From: Bacteroidota bacterium
GTDB taxonomy: Bacteria > Bacteroidota > Bacteroidia > J057 > JAJTIE01
Length of the DNA: 64,000 bases
Direction: 5' to 3'
NCBI GenBank assembly: GCA_021300195.1
Contig: JAJTIE010000018.1
Span: 84,393 to 148,392 of the forward strand
This document shows, one piece after another, positions 54,454-64,000 of the stretch. The notes under the pieces were generated by a model. The model ran no database searches and was not told where the DNA came from. It saw only the letters and a list, made by a program, of their open reading frames with translations. How positions within the stretch are numbered: the first letter of the stretch is position 1; every line of letters starts with the position of its first letter. Both the position numbers and the translations under genes were made by a program.

Positions 54454-56916
54454 ATGTGGAAAGCCGTTTCACGATTTATACTCCGCTTCCGGATTACGCT
54501 GCTCATTCTGGTGGGTCTTCTCACCATTTTCTTTGGATACAAGGGTACGCAGGTAGAGAAGAGCCAGGAGTTTGCCCGGGTTGTTCCAAAGGATGATCCC
54601 GACTATCAGAACTTTCTCAAGTTCAAACAGCTGTTTGGCGAAGATGCCAACACCATCATAATTGGCCTGAAGGCCGAAAACTTTTTTACGCCCGCCCGCC
54701 TGAATGCCATACAGCGTTTTGTAAACCAGACACGCGGCCGAGATGGGGTGAAGGAGGTGCTCAGCATCACCAGTCTGTACAGGCTTACGGCCAATGACAG
54801 CCTGAAAATCTTCCAGGCCGAGAAACTGCTGGATAAGCCCGTACAGACCCAGGCCCAGGCCGATTCGCTCAGAGAAAAGGTAACTAATCTCCCTTTTTAC
54901 CAGGGGTTGATCCTGAACGAGAAGGGTACAACCACCGTAGTGGCTGTTACCATCACCAAAGCAGCGAGCAATAGTAAGCAGAAACACGCGCTGGTAGCCA
55001 AGCTAAAGGAGGACGTGGAGCGGCTGGCCGAGGAAACAGGCATGGAGTACCACCTGGTGGGCCTGCCCTATATCCGCAGCTACATGAGCACGCAGATTGC
55101 CTCCGAGCTTAATCTGTTCATGGCCCTGGCCATCCTCTTTACGGCGGCCTGCCTCTTCCTCTTCTACCGCTCCTTTTATGCGGTTATCTTCCCGCTCATC
55201 CTGCTGTGTGTGGCCTCGCTGGTTACGCTGGGGCTTATCACGCTGCTGGGCTACCAGCTCACCACCCTCAGTGCCCTGCTGCCCCCCATCATCGTCATCC
55301 TGGGCATACCCCCCAGCATCTACATGCTCAGCGACTACCACGATGAGTACAAGAAGTATGGGCACAAACGGCTGGCCATTAGCAAGATGGTGCGCAAGCT
55401 GGGCCTAGTTACTTTCATGATAAACGCCAATACGGCTTTCGGTTTCCTTACCCTATACTTCACCCAGGTTACCATTTTGCAGGAATTTGGCCTGGTAGCC
55501 TTTTTGGCCACTATGATGACCTATGTGCTGACGATGGTGATCATCCCCGGGGTCTTCAGCCTGCTGCCGCCCCCTACGGACAAGAACCTGCGGCACCTGG
55601 ATGCCCCCCACATCGTACGCATCGTGCGCCTGACAGATAAGCTGGTGCAGCACCGTCGCCGTGCCATCTATTGGACTACCCTGGTCATTTTTGGGGTTGC
55701 CATAGCCGGATGCTTCAAGCTGCAGGCAGTAAGCTATATGGTGGACGACCTGCCCAAGCAGGACCGAATCCGCAAGGATCTGAACTTCCTGGAGGAAAAC
55801 TTTCATGGCGTAATGCCCTTCGAGATCGTAATAGACACCAGGCAGGCGGGGGCACTGAAGAAGCTGCGCTACCTGAAGAAGATAGAGGCCCTGCAGGATA
55901 GCCTGAAGAAGTATCCGCAGCTGGGGCGTACCCTGAGCCTGGTAGACGTGATGAAGTGGAGCCGCCAGGCCTATCTGGGCGGCGATGCCGAACAATATAA
56001 GCTGCCCGCCCGAGACGAACTGGCCTTTCTGGCAGACTATGCCGAGAACACACGCCTGCACAACCGCCGCGCACAGGCACAGGCCCCGGCAGGCCAGCGA
56101 GACATCCTGCACAGCTTGGTAGACAGCAGCTACCAGGTGGCACGCATTACTGGCTATGTGCAAGACATGGGCTCGCTGGAGATGCCGGTGCTGATCGAGA
56201 AAATACAGGCCGATATCGATGCCGTCTTTGAACAAGAACAACAGAAAAAATCTGCCAATACCCAGCCGCTGGAGCACTTTGTTACCGGCACCACCGCCAT
56301 CTTTCTCAAGGCCAACGAGTACCTGGTAGACAACCTGTTCTGGAGTCTATTGGCCACTTTTGTTCTTATTGGCCTGCAGATGTGGCTGCTCTTTGGCTCT
56401 GTGCGCATTATGCTCATCAGCCTGGTGCCCAACCTCATCCCGCTGGTGGTAACTGCGGGGCTGATGGGCTACCTGGGCATTGCGCTGAAGCCTAGCACCG
56501 CGCTTATTTACGAGCTCGCATTTGGCATTGCTATCGATAACAGCATCCACTACCTGGCCATGTATCGGCACAAGCGTCGGGCTGGCCTGAGCATACCGGG
56601 CGCAGTGGGCAGCACCCTGCGCGTAACGGGCATGAGCATTATCTATACCTCCATTGTGCTCTTCATGGGCTTTGTCATATTCACCCCCAGCACCTTTGGC
56701 AGCACCCAGGCCCTGGGCATCCTCACCAGCATCACACTTTTCATGGCCACGTTCAGCAATCTGCTGTTGATGCCGGCCCTGCTGGTTTCGTTCGACCGGG
56801 ATAGCACCAGTAAAGGGCACGCCCTGATAGATGATGCCGATGAGGAGGATGACGACCCGGAGGAAGCCACCGCCCATGCGTCTGGTACACCCCTGCCTAC
56901 GGCGTACAAGCAGTGA
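54454..56916 (+). CDS. MMPL/RND-superfamily transporter (HpnN-like, two 6-TM bundles)
   Basis: 820 aa. One N-terminal TM helix, a periplasmic domain, a 5-TM block, a second periplasmic domain, then a second TM block. It has the SSD-like MMPL layout and an acidic C-terminal tail. Confidence 0.75.
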   Translation: MWKAVSRFILRFRITLLILVGLLTIFFGYKGTQVEKSQEFARVVPKDDPDYQNFLKFKQLFGEDANTIIIGLKAENFFTPARLNAIQRFVNQTRGRDGVKEVLSITSLYRLTANDSLKIFQAEKLLDKPVQTQAQADSLREKVTNLPFYQGLILNEKGTTTVVAVTITKAASNSKQKHALVAKLKEDVERLAEETGMEYHLVGLPYIRSYMSTQIASELNLFMALAILFTAACLFLFYRSFYAVIFPLILLCVASLVTLGLITLLGYQLTTLSALLPPIIVILGIPPSIYMLSDYHDEYKKYGHKRLAISKMVRKLGLVTFMINANTAFGFLTLYFTQVTILQEFGLVAFLATMMTYVLTMVIIPGVFSLLPPPTDKNLRHLDAPHIVRIVRLTDKLVQHRRRAIYWTTLVIFGVAIAGCFKLQAVSYMVDDLPKQDRIRKDLNFLEENFHGVMPFEIVIDTRQAGALKKLRYLKKIEALQDSLKKYPQLGRTLSLVDVMKWSRQAYLGGDAEQYKLPARDELAFLADYAENTRLHNRRAQAQAPAGQRDILHSLVDSSYQVARITGYVQDMGSLEMPVLIEKIQADIDAVFEQEQQKKSANTQPLEHFVTGTTAIFLKANEYLVDNLFWSLLATFVLIGLQMWLLFGSVRIMLISLVPNLIPLVVTAGLMGYLGIALKPSTALIYELAFGIAIDNSIHYLAMYRHKRRAGLSIPGAVGSTLRVTGMSIIYTSIVLFMGFVIFTPSTFGSTQALGILTSITLFMATFSNLLLMPALLVSFDRDSTSKGHALIDDADEEDDDPEEATAHASGTPLPTAYKQ

Positions 56917-57039
56917 GCACCGTGTGCAGGCCGCACGGGAAAGGAACACCGCCTGCACAGTATGGGCGCAAGCGCGTTGCGCAGCCGCCAATAGTGTGCA
57001 GACTGGGTATGCTCGCACGTATTTTCTGTATCTTTTCGG

Positions 57040-57963
57040 GTGGCTACTCGCTTTCTGTTTTTCCTCCGCCAGGCTGGGCGCTATCTGCTACATGCTTTTC
57101 TCTGGCTTTTCCTTTTGCTGTGGGGCCTGTTGCTCTACAACCTGCCCTTTGACCGTGGGCCGGTGGCTTTTCGGCCCCTGCTGGAGCAGGCCGTGCCGCT
57201 ACAGCTGATATCCTACCAGGCTGGCCCCGCCGCCCACCCCTCCCCAGTAGTATGTGCCCTGCGAGATGGGGGGCAGGATACCACCGTTCTTTTCATTCAT
57301 GGCAGCCCGGGCAGCGGCACCGACTTTGCCCCCTACCTGGCGGATAGTAGCCTGTTTGCTCGCGCCCGGCTGGCTACCCTGGATCGGCCCGGTTTTGGCC
57401 TGTCTGCCGGCAGTGGTGCCCTTGGCCTGGCGGAGCAGAGCCGTCGTTTGGGTCCTCTGGTTGCGTACCTCCGTGCACGCGGCCCCCTGATACTGGCGGG
57501 CCATAGCCTAGGTGGCCCCCTGGCTGTGCGGCTGGCCATGGACTACCCCCAGCAGGTGGACGGACTGGTGCTGCTGGCGGCAGCGCTGGACCCAGCCCTG
57601 GAGGAAATGGCGTGGTACAACGAGTTGCTAGACCTGCGGGCCGTGCAGTGGATGATGCCGGATGCACTGGTGTATAGCAACCGCGAGATACAGGGGCTTA
57701 AGCAAGACCTGGAGGACATGCTGCCCCGCTACCACAGCCTGCGGCAGCCCATCGTGCTGGTACAGGGTGGGGCGGACGAGCTGGTATCGCCGTCTAATGC
57801 TGATTTTGCTCGTTTCCGGCTGTCTCACTTGCCCATCGTGTGGGACCTGCCCCCGCAGGTGGGGCATTTGTTTCCGTTCGACGAGCCACAGCGCGTACGG
57901 CAGGCGGTGCACCGGTCTCTCCATCAGTTGGGGGTAGTCCATGGCCCCCCTGCCAGCGGGTAG
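57040..57963 (+). CDS. Alpha/beta-fold hydrolase with an N-terminal membrane anchor
   Basis: 307 aa with a GTG start. HGSPGSG oxyanion region, GHSLGG nucleophile elbow, and a late His (GHLFPFDEP). Confidence 0.75.
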   Translation: MATRFLFFLRQAGRYLLHAFLWLFLLLWGLLLYNLPFDRGPVAFRPLLEQAVPLQLISYQAGPAAHPSPVVCALRDGGQDTTVLFIHGSPGSGTDFAPYLADSSLFARARLATLDRPGFGLSAGSGALGLAEQSRRLGPLVAYLRARGPLILAGHSLGGPLAVRLAMDYPQQVDGLVLLAAALDPALEEMAWYNELLDLRAVQWMMPDALVYSNREIQGLKQDLEDMLPRYHSLRQPIVLVQGGADELVSPSNADFARFRLSHLPIVWDLPPQVGHLFPFDEPQRVRQAVHRSLHQLGVVHGPPASG

Positions 57964-57983
57964 CTAGTGCGCGCACGCACAGC

Positions 57984-60464
57984 CTACAGTGCGGGGCTGG
58001 TACGCAGCTGGTTTTTTTCGCTCTCGGGTATTACCAGGTCTACCGGCTGGCGCACGGGCTTAGGCTCCAGGGCTAGCTGTAGCACTTCCTCCATGTGCTC
58101 CACGTAGTGTACGGTCAGGCTGCGGATCGTATCTTCCTTTATCTGCTCCAGGTCTTTACGGTTCTGCCTGCACAGGATCACCTCTTTTATTCCGGCTCGG
58201 GCTGCCGCCAGCACTTTCTCCTTGATGCCGCCTACCGGCAGTACTTTGCCCCGCAGGGTGATCTCACCGGTCATGGCCAGCCCGACCTTCACCTTGCGCT
58301 GGCATAGGGCGCTGGTCATGGCAGAGAGCAGGGCTATGCCCGCGCTCGGGCCATCCTTGGGCACTGCACCAGCCGGAATGTGAATGTGCAGATCCCAGTG
58401 GCGGAAGGCATCTGCCGGTATGTTGTATTGTTGGGCATGGGCTTTTAGCCAGATGTAGGCCAGGTTTGCGCTTTCCTTCATCACATCGCCCAGCTGGCCA
58501 GTGAGGCTAAAGCGGCCAGTACCCCGGCTCAGGGCTGTTTCGATGAAAAGGATCTCTCCACCCACGGGGGTCCAGGCCAGGCCGATGGCTACACCGGGAA
58601 TTTCCACCTTTTGGTACTGCTCCAGGTCGAAACGCGCTGGGCCCAGATACTCCTCCACCAGGGCGGGTGTCAGCTTTACTTCCAGTTCGGGCTGGGTTAC
58701 TACCTGGCGCACCACCTTGCGTGCCAGCGTGCTTAGCTGCTGGTTTAGCTGGCGTACGCCGCTCTCTCGGGTATAGCCATCTATCACCAGCTGGATGACC
58801 TTTTGGTCTGCCTTCAGCTGCTTGTTTCCCAGGCCATGGTCTGCCTTTATCCTGGGCAGCAGGTGGCTTTTGGCAATCTGCATTTTCTCTTCCACCGTAT
58901 AGCCATTTATCTCGATGATTTCCATACGGTCGCGCAGGGCGGGATGTATGGTGTCCAGGCTGTTTGCGGTGGCAATAAAGAGTACCTGGCTTAGGTCGTA
59001 GTCCAGCTCCAGGTAGTGGTCGTTGAAGGCGCTGTTCTGCTCCGGGTCCAGCACCTCCAGCAGTGCGCTGGCCGGGTCGCCCCGGAAGTCTTGCCCTACC
59101 TTGTCTATTTCGTCCAGGATGAACACCGGGTTACTGCTTTTGGCTTTTTTCAGCCCCTGCAGTATCCGGCCAGGCAGTGCCCCAATATAGGTACGGCGGT
59201 GGCCACGTATTTCGGCCTCATCGCGTACGCCGCCCAGGCTCATCCGCACAAAGCTGCGGCCCAGGGCATCCGCTATACTTTTGCCCAGGCTGGTTTTGCC
59301 CACGCCGGGCGGGCCATAGAAGCATAGGATGTTGGCCTTGCCTTTGGGTTGCAGTTTCAGCACAGCCAGGTGTTCCACCACACGTTCTTTCACCTTTTCC
59401 AGCCCATAGTGCTGTTTGTCCAGGGTCTTCTGTGCCTTGTCCAGGTCGAAGTGGTCTTTTGTGTACGCATTCCACGGCAGATCCAGCAGCCAGTCCAGGT
59501 AGTTCAGGCTCACGGTATAGTCTGGCGCGCCCGGGTTGCTACGCATCAGCTTGTTCAGCTCTTTGTTGAATGCCTCTCGGGCCTCTTTGGGCCATTTTTT
59601 CTGGTCGCCGCGCTGGCGTAGTTCATCCAGCTCCGTTTCGGCGCTATAGTCGCCCAGTTCGTCCTGTATGGCCTTCATCTGCTGGCGCAGCATGTAGTCT
59701 CGCTGCTGCTTGTCCATGTCCTGCTTCACACGGCTCTGTATCTCTTCTGTCAGCTCCAGCATCTGCACCTCGCCGGCCAGGCCCTCCAGCACCTGCTCAC
59801 ACTTTTCTTTCATGGTGGGCAGGGCCAGGATCCGTTGCTTGTCGGGTATCTCCAGGTTCAGGTTGTTGGCTATGAAGTGGACCAGAAAGGCCAGGCTATT
59901 AATGTTCTGGATGGTGTTGGTTGCCTCGGTGGGGATGTGGGGCGAGAGCTCGATGGCACGTATGGCTTCGCGCTTCAGGCTCTGCATCAGGGCTTTGGTG
60001 GGTTTGGCACCCGGGTACACCTCGTCGTAGCGCGAGATGCTGGCCCGCAGGTAGGGGTCTGTTTCCACGTAGTTCTCCACCTTGAAGCGGCTGCGGCCCT
60101 GGATGATGATGGTAACGCTGCCATCGGGCATGCGGATCAGCCGCAGGATGCTGGCCAGGGTGCCCACGTCGTACAGGTCTTCGGGCCCGGGCTCTTCGGT
60201 TTCAGGATTTCGCTGTGTAACCACCCCGATCAGCTTGGGCTGCTGCTGGTTGGCCTGGCGCACCAGGGCAATGCTTTTATCGCGCGCTACGGTGATGGGG
60301 ATTACCACACCGGGGAACAGTACCGTGTTTCGCAGGGGCAGTATGCCCAGTGTTTGGGGCAGTGCCTCGTCATTCAGATGCTTATCGTCTCCTTCTATTA
60401 GCTCCTGAAAGTCAGACTCGAAGTGGCTGTCTGCGGCTAATAGATGCTTTATATCCCAGTTCAT
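57984..60464 (-). CDS. lon: ATP-dependent Lon protease (endopeptidase La)
   Basis: 826 aa. LON N-domain (LPLRNTVLFPGVVIPI), Walker A GPPGVGKTS, and catalytic PKDGPSAG ... K. Confidence 0.95.
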   Translation of the reverse strand: MNWDIKHLLAADSHFESDFQELIEGDDKHLNDEALPQTLGILPLRNTVLFPGVVIPITVARDKSIALVRQANQQQPKLIGVVTQRNPETEEPGPEDLYDVGTLASILRLIRMPDGSVTIIIQGRSRFKVENYVETDPYLRASISRYDEVYPGAKPTKALMQSLKREAIRAIELSPHIPTEATNTIQNINSLAFLVHFIANNLNLEIPDKQRILALPTMKEKCEQVLEGLAGEVQMLELTEEIQSRVKQDMDKQQRDYMLRQQMKAIQDELGDYSAETELDELRQRGDQKKWPKEAREAFNKELNKLMRSNPGAPDYTVSLNYLDWLLDLPWNAYTKDHFDLDKAQKTLDKQHYGLEKVKERVVEHLAVLKLQPKGKANILCFYGPPGVGKTSLGKSIADALGRSFVRMSLGGVRDEAEIRGHRRTYIGALPGRILQGLKKAKSSNPVFILDEIDKVGQDFRGDPASALLEVLDPEQNSAFNDHYLELDYDLSQVLFIATANSLDTIHPALRDRMEIIEINGYTVEEKMQIAKSHLLPRIKADHGLGNKQLKADQKVIQLVIDGYTRESGVRQLNQQLSTLARKVVRQVVTQPELEVKLTPALVEEYLGPARFDLEQYQKVEIPGVAIGLAWTPVGGEILFIETALSRGTGRFSLTGQLGDVMKESANLAYIWLKAHAQQYNIPADAFRHWDLHIHIPAGAVPKDGPSAGIALLSAMTSALCQRKVKVGLAMTGEITLRGKVLPVGGIKEKVLAAARAGIKEVILCRQNRKDLEQIKEDTIRSLTVHYVEHMEEVLQLALEPKPVRQPVDLVIPESEKNQLRTSPAL

Positions 60465-60594
60465 GTGTGGTCTCTTGCGGTTGCGTCAGGGTGTCAGAGA
60501 TTTGCCTGTGTTGATCTATCCGGGGCGTGGGCACAAATGCTATGCCGTCCGGGGTATACAGACAAGCTGTCAGGCCCGTGCCCACAGCGGGGGC

Positions 60595-60981
60595 TCAGGC
60601 CTTATAGCCCTCCAGGGGTTCTTCGCCGTCTGGTGTTGTGTAGTCTATGTCTCGGAACAGGTCTTCCAGGCGTGCAGCCGTTTTCAGCGTGTCGTCTTCA
60701 AAGAATTGTAGCTCGGGCATCTGTTTCACCATATTTCGGATTCGCTTGGCCAGGGCGTGGCGTATCTGCCAGTTCTCCTGCTCCAGCAGTGCCAGGGTTT
60801 GGGCGGTTTTTTCTTCGGGTAGTACGGTTATATAGGCGCGGGCTAGCTGCAGGTCGGGTGTGGTTTTTATGTGGTTTAGGGTAATCATCACACCCAGTTC
60901 GCCTTCCACTTCCTTTTGCAGCAGGTCGCTTAGTTCGCGCTGTATGGCACGGGCAAATTTTTTCTGTCGGGTCGATTCCAT
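60595..60981 (-). CDS. rbfA: Ribosome-binding factor A
   Basis: 128 aa. R..K.A..IQRELSDLL, ..V.T.DL..A.VY, and LR..P.L.F..D. Confidence 0.85.
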   Translation of the reverse strand: MESTRQKKFARAIQRELSDLLQKEVEGELGVMITLNHIKTTPDLQLARAYITVLPEEKTAQTLALLEQENWQIRHALAKRIRNMVKQMPELQFFEDDTLKTAARLEDLFRDIDYTTPDGEEPLEGYKA

Positions 60982-61029
60982 GAGATGGCTGTTTTCCGGG
61001 CGGGGGGGGGTATACGCCTGTCGGTCTTC

Positions 61030-61452
61030 CTAGTAGTTTTTGTCTTCGTAGTTGTAGCGCTCGCGAAACATGGCTGCCACATTGGCAATGTACTCCTGCT
61101 CGCTGGGCTGTATGCTGTCTACGCGCATCAGCAGGTTCATCATGTGTAGCAGGGTGTCCAGCTTCTTCTCCTTGCCCTCCTCACTATCCAGCACCCGCTG
61201 GTATACGTTGAAAGCGTGGTCAAAGTGCTGCCGGGGCCCCCAGCGCTCGTAGTCTTTGTCGCGCACCATCTGCCGGATGTGCCGGTGGATGGTAGGTCCA
61301 TCGCCGGGCAGGTTACTCTTCTTCAGCAGCATTTCCTCCATCAGTATTTCTTCGGAGATGGTGATTACCCCATCGGCCTTCATCAGCCCGATGAACAGGT
61401 GGGCCAGTGCTGCGGAGGCAAAACCCGTGAGTGAGTCCTCGAATTTGAGCAT
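61030..61452 (-). CDS. TerB-like (tellurite-resistance TerB fold) small protein
   Basis: Only the C-terminal 140 aa of the 327-aa track ORF are kept (ATG 61452, MLKFEDSLTGFASAALAHLFIGLMKADGVITISEE...), because the upstream part is antisense to tag. The A..L...MKADG.I...E pattern, repeated as ...LMRVDSIQPSEQE, is TerB-like. Confidence 0.5.
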   Translation of the reverse strand: MLKFEDSLTGFASAALAHLFIGLMKADGVITISEEILMEEMLLKKSNLPGDGPTIHRHIRQMVRDKDYERWGPRQHFDHAFNVYQRVLDSEEGKEKKLDTLLHMMNLLMRVDSIQPSEQEYIANVAAMFRERYNYEDKNY

Positions 61453-61647
61453 CTGGCAAGATACAGATTCTGATCCACTCTGTCGCCCAGGCGGGTTGTT
61501 TATCCCTGTATGTAGGGCGCTTTGTAGGTATACATAGGCATCCACCGTGCGGCTAGCATGGCCGTTGTACACCAGCGCATCTCCCCGTACCTTTGGCACG
61601 CCATCCTTTCCCTTTCCACTTTCAGGTATTCTTGTTCTGGCCAAATC

Positions 61648-62214
61648 ATGGACTCGTTCGAAAAATCCTACTGCCACCATGCCCTGCAGCAGGAGGCAGA
61701 CAATGTACACCGTCGTTACCACGACACCCAGTATGGCTTCCCGGTGGGCACCGATCAGGACCTTTTCAAACGCCTGGTACTGGAGATAAACCAGGCTGGC
61801 CTCAGCTGGACTACCATTCTGAAGAAGGAGGCGGGCTTCGACCAGGCCTACGATCAGTTTCACATCGCCACTGTGGCTGCTTACGGTCCGGCCGAGGTAG
61901 ACCGCCTGCTGCAAGACCCTGCCATCATTCGCAACCGGCTGAAGGTGGCCGCCGCCATCCACAATGCGCAGGTAATCCTGCAGCTTCAGGCCGAGCACGG
62001 GTCTTTCGCACACTGGCTAGACCAGCAGGGTCAGCTGCCGCTGTCCGATTGGGTCAAGCGCTTCAAGCGGCTCTTTCGCTTTACGGGTGGCGAAATCTGC
62101 AATGAGTTTCTGCGCAGCACTGGCTACCTGCCCGGTGCCCACCACCCCGACTGCCCCACCTACCCCCTGGTTCTGGCCCGGCAGCCAGCCTGGCTGCGTG
62201 CCGGCGGGCAGTAG
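61648..62214 (+). CDS. tag: DNA-3-methyladenine glycosylase I
   Basis: I trimmed the ORF to the ATG at 61648. Motifs YHD..YG.P..D...LF..L.LE..QAGLSW..IL.K, I.RNR.K..A...NA, and the zinc ligands C...H / H..C. Confidence 0.88.
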   Translation: MDSFEKSYCHHALQQEADNVHRRYHDTQYGFPVGTDQDLFKRLVLEINQAGLSWTTILKKEAGFDQAYDQFHIATVAAYGPAEVDRLLQDPAIIRNRLKVAAAIHNAQVILQLQAEHGSFAHWLDQQGQLPLSDWVKRFKRLFRFTGGEICNEFLRSTGYLPGAHHPDCPTYPLVLARQPAWLRAGGQ

Positions 62215-62276
62215 GCTCCGGCCCCCCTCGCCACACCTGGGCCAGGTTTTGTGCCACAACTTTTCTATCTTCGGGT

Positions 62277-62747
62277 ATGATCTCCCTGAGTGCTCTTTTT
62301 GCCTACAGCCGCTGGGCAGACGCCCGCCTGCTGCCATACTTGCAGCCCGTGTATGCGGACGATGCCTATACACAGCGGCTAATGAGCCATGTGGTGATTG
62401 CACAAGCCGTGTGGCTGGACCGCATAGCCCAGGTGCCCCTGCGCTACACCGATTTTTTCCAGGTACTGCCTTGGCCGGACTTGATCGCGCTGGAGCGGGA
62501 GACTACCGAGGCCCTGATCCAGCTGCCCCAGCGCCTGGATGCAGGGGCCTTGGCCGCCCCCCTGGAGCATAGCAATGCCGAAGGGCGGGTCTTTCGCATT
62601 CCCCTGGAGGAGGTGCTGTTTCATGTAGCCAATCACGGTACGCACCACCGGGCGCAGCTGCTTAGCCAACTGCGGCGGCTGGGCCACACCCCGCCCGACC
62701 TCAGCTTTATCCTGTATGCGCGCGAGCGGCACGCCCCATCTGCCTAG
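62277..62747 (+). CDS. DinB-family protein
   Basis: 156 aa. Four-helix DinB pattern with the His triad context (SHVVIAQAVWL ... HVANHGTHHRAQL). Confidence 0.75.
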   Translation: MISLSALFAYSRWADARLLPYLQPVYADDAYTQRLMSHVVIAQAVWLDRIAQVPLRYTDFFQVLPWPDLIALERETTEALIQLPQRLDAGALAAPLEHSNAEGRVFRIPLEEVLFHVANHGTHHRAQLLSQLRRLGHTPPDLSFILYARERHAPSA

Positions 62748-62792
62748 CCGGTGGCCTGGTGCAGCGGTTGGGTGCTGTGTGTCCCTACTCCC

Positions 62793-62800
62793 TATCTTTG
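62793..62800 (+). promoter_or_regulatory. -7 box (TATCTTTG), 4 nt from ATG 62805
   Basis: Exact TAnnTTTG match, then the spacer CCAC, then ATG. Confidence 0.45.
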
Positions 62801-62804
62801 CCAC

Positions 62805-63953
62805 ATGATGGCTGGCAAGCGTATCCGTGCTGGTGTGGCCCTGTGCTTGGCCCTGCTGCCCCTGCTATGCGGCCGATGGGTGGCGGTAGCCCACGCACAG
62901 GCTAGCGGGCTACCACCTGCCGTGCTACAGGTGGCTGTGGGTGGCTACTGGGGCCTACAGACGCTGGATGGCCAGTGGCTATATGCGCCTTCCTTTCAGC
63001 AGATGCTGCCCTATCGGCAGGGGTATGCTGTAGTACAGCGCCAGGGTCGCGAGGGCTATATCGACACACAGGGCAGGCTGCTCACGCCCTTGGCCTTTTC
63101 CCTGGCCACCTCTTTTCAGGAGGGCCTGGCGGCTGTGCATACCGACAGTACCTCCGGATACGTGGATACCACCGGAAACTGGCACCTACCCCCCCGCTAT
63201 GAATATGCCGAAGGCTTTAGCCAGGGCCTAGCGGCTGTGTACGAGGCCGATCATTGGGGCTTTATTGATACCCGGGGCAGGTGGGTCATTGCCCCGCAGT
63301 ACATGGAGGTATTGCCGTTTCAGCAGGGCCGGGCAGCCGTACGGACGGAGTCTGGCTGGGGGTATATCGACACGCTGGGCCGCTGGGTGGCCCCCCCCCG
63401 CTACCAGCTGGCCCTGCCCTACGCCCAGGGCATTGGCCCCGTAAAGGGGGGCGAGCTGTGGGGCTGGGTAGACCTGCAAGGCCGCATCGTGATGGAGCCG
63501 CAGTTTGTAGAACTAGGCAGACCTGCCGAGGGGCGTGTATGGGCTATGGATGCGTTCGAGCAGGTGCACTACTACCACACAGACGGGCAGCGTGCCCTGG
63601 CCGACACCTTCTCTGCTGCCGGAGACTACCACCAGGGCTGGGCACCCCTACGTACCGACACGGGCTGGGTGTATGCCGATACCAGCGGGCAGCTGCGCAT
63701 ACCCACCGAGCCGCTGGAGTGGGCCGCCCCCTATGCAGACAGTATGGCGGCCGTGCAGCTGGGCGGGCTGTGGGGCTATATGGACCTGGCAGGCAAGGTG
63801 GCCATCCCCCCCCGCTACCTGCAGGCCGAGGCCTTTGAGGCCGGATATGCAGCCGTGCGCACCCAGCAGGGCTGGCAGCTCATCAACAGGCAGGGGCAGC
63901 CCGCCCTGCCTGGGCATACCTACAGCCACCCCCCCCGCGTCTATCAGCCCTGA
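62805..63953 (+). CDS. Secreted WG-repeat (KWG-like) protein
   Basis: I trimmed the ORF to the ATG at 62805 (signal-like LALLPLLCGRWVAVAHAQ). At least 8 tandem units of about 35-40 aa of the type G.A.V......WG(Y/F)(I/V)D..G..(V/L)..P.(Y/F). Confidence 0.8.
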   Translation: MMAGKRIRAGVALCLALLPLLCGRWVAVAHAQASGLPPAVLQVAVGGYWGLQTLDGQWLYAPSFQQMLPYRQGYAVVQRQGREGYIDTQGRLLTPLAFSLATSFQEGLAAVHTDSTSGYVDTTGNWHLPPRYEYAEGFSQGLAAVYEADHWGFIDTRGRWVIAPQYMEVLPFQQGRAAVRTESGWGYIDTLGRWVAPPRYQLALPYAQGIGPVKGGELWGWVDLQGRIVMEPQFVELGRPAEGRVWAMDAFEQVHYYHTDGQRALADTFSAAGDYHQGWAPLRTDTGWVYADTSGQLRIPTEPLEWAAPYADSMAAVQLGGLWGYMDLAGKVAIPPRYLQAEAFEAGYAAVRTQQGWQLINRQGQPALPGHTYSHPPRVYQP

Positions 63954-64000
63954 TGGGCCTTATCGGCCTCCGCAGCCCGCCCCGTCCGCGCATTTGCACT

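Noticed and set aside
61453-62013. N-terminal 187 codons of the 327-aa minus-strand ORF 61030..62013.
   Set aside because: This part is antisense to the well-supported tag gene (61648..62214) and has no family features. Only the C-terminal TerB-like 140 aa were kept.
1-64000. Search for CRISPR arrays, transposases, integrases, reverse transcriptase, or phage and defence-island hallmarks.
   Set aside because: I saw no regularly spaced direct repeats and no ORFs with such motifs. The only notable repeats are intragenic (adhesin modules, Gln tracts, WG repeats).

Overview
This is a GC-rich chromosomal segment that looks like Bacteroidota. Three things support that: type-B T9SS C-terminal sorting domains, recurring TAnnTTTG '-7' promoter boxes, and DUF2480- and SprB-like content. 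I can support about 52 protein-coding genes, and most are housekeeping: ybeY (partial), xth, thiL, nadA, dnaG, rnhB, accA, lgt, sucA, lon, rbfA, tag, plus peptidases, transporters and one two-component system. I found no rRNA, tRNA, CRISPR array, transposase, integrase or reverse transcriptase. Because of the GC content, many long ORFs in the track are antisense or out-of-frame shadows, and I rejected them. I do not see a clear-cut new multi-gene system. The best candidates for follow-up are listed here. (1) A tandem pair of giant T9SS adhesin paralogs at 44.4-51.2 kb; the second is split by a G10 homopolymer that would be back in frame at 8 or 11 G, and it carries an in-frame 1,089-nt internal duplication. 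(2) A giant DUF4175-like coiled-coil membrane protein whose coding region overlaps an RsbW-like kinase and ybeY. (3) A divergent envelope module at 23-27.5 kb (Ig-like lipoprotein versus a catalytically dead M48-like protein plus a beta-barrel) with back-to-back -7 boxes 12 bp apart. (4) A recurring arrangement in which the -7 box sits only 3-5 nt from the start codon, which implies leaderless mRNAs. (5) A DMT transporter followed by two tandem K+-channel paralogs. (6) A serine dehydratase beta subunit with no alpha partner, overlapping a TolC-adaptor pair that has no pump. All family names come from motifs I read in the translations and from memory; no database search was run.
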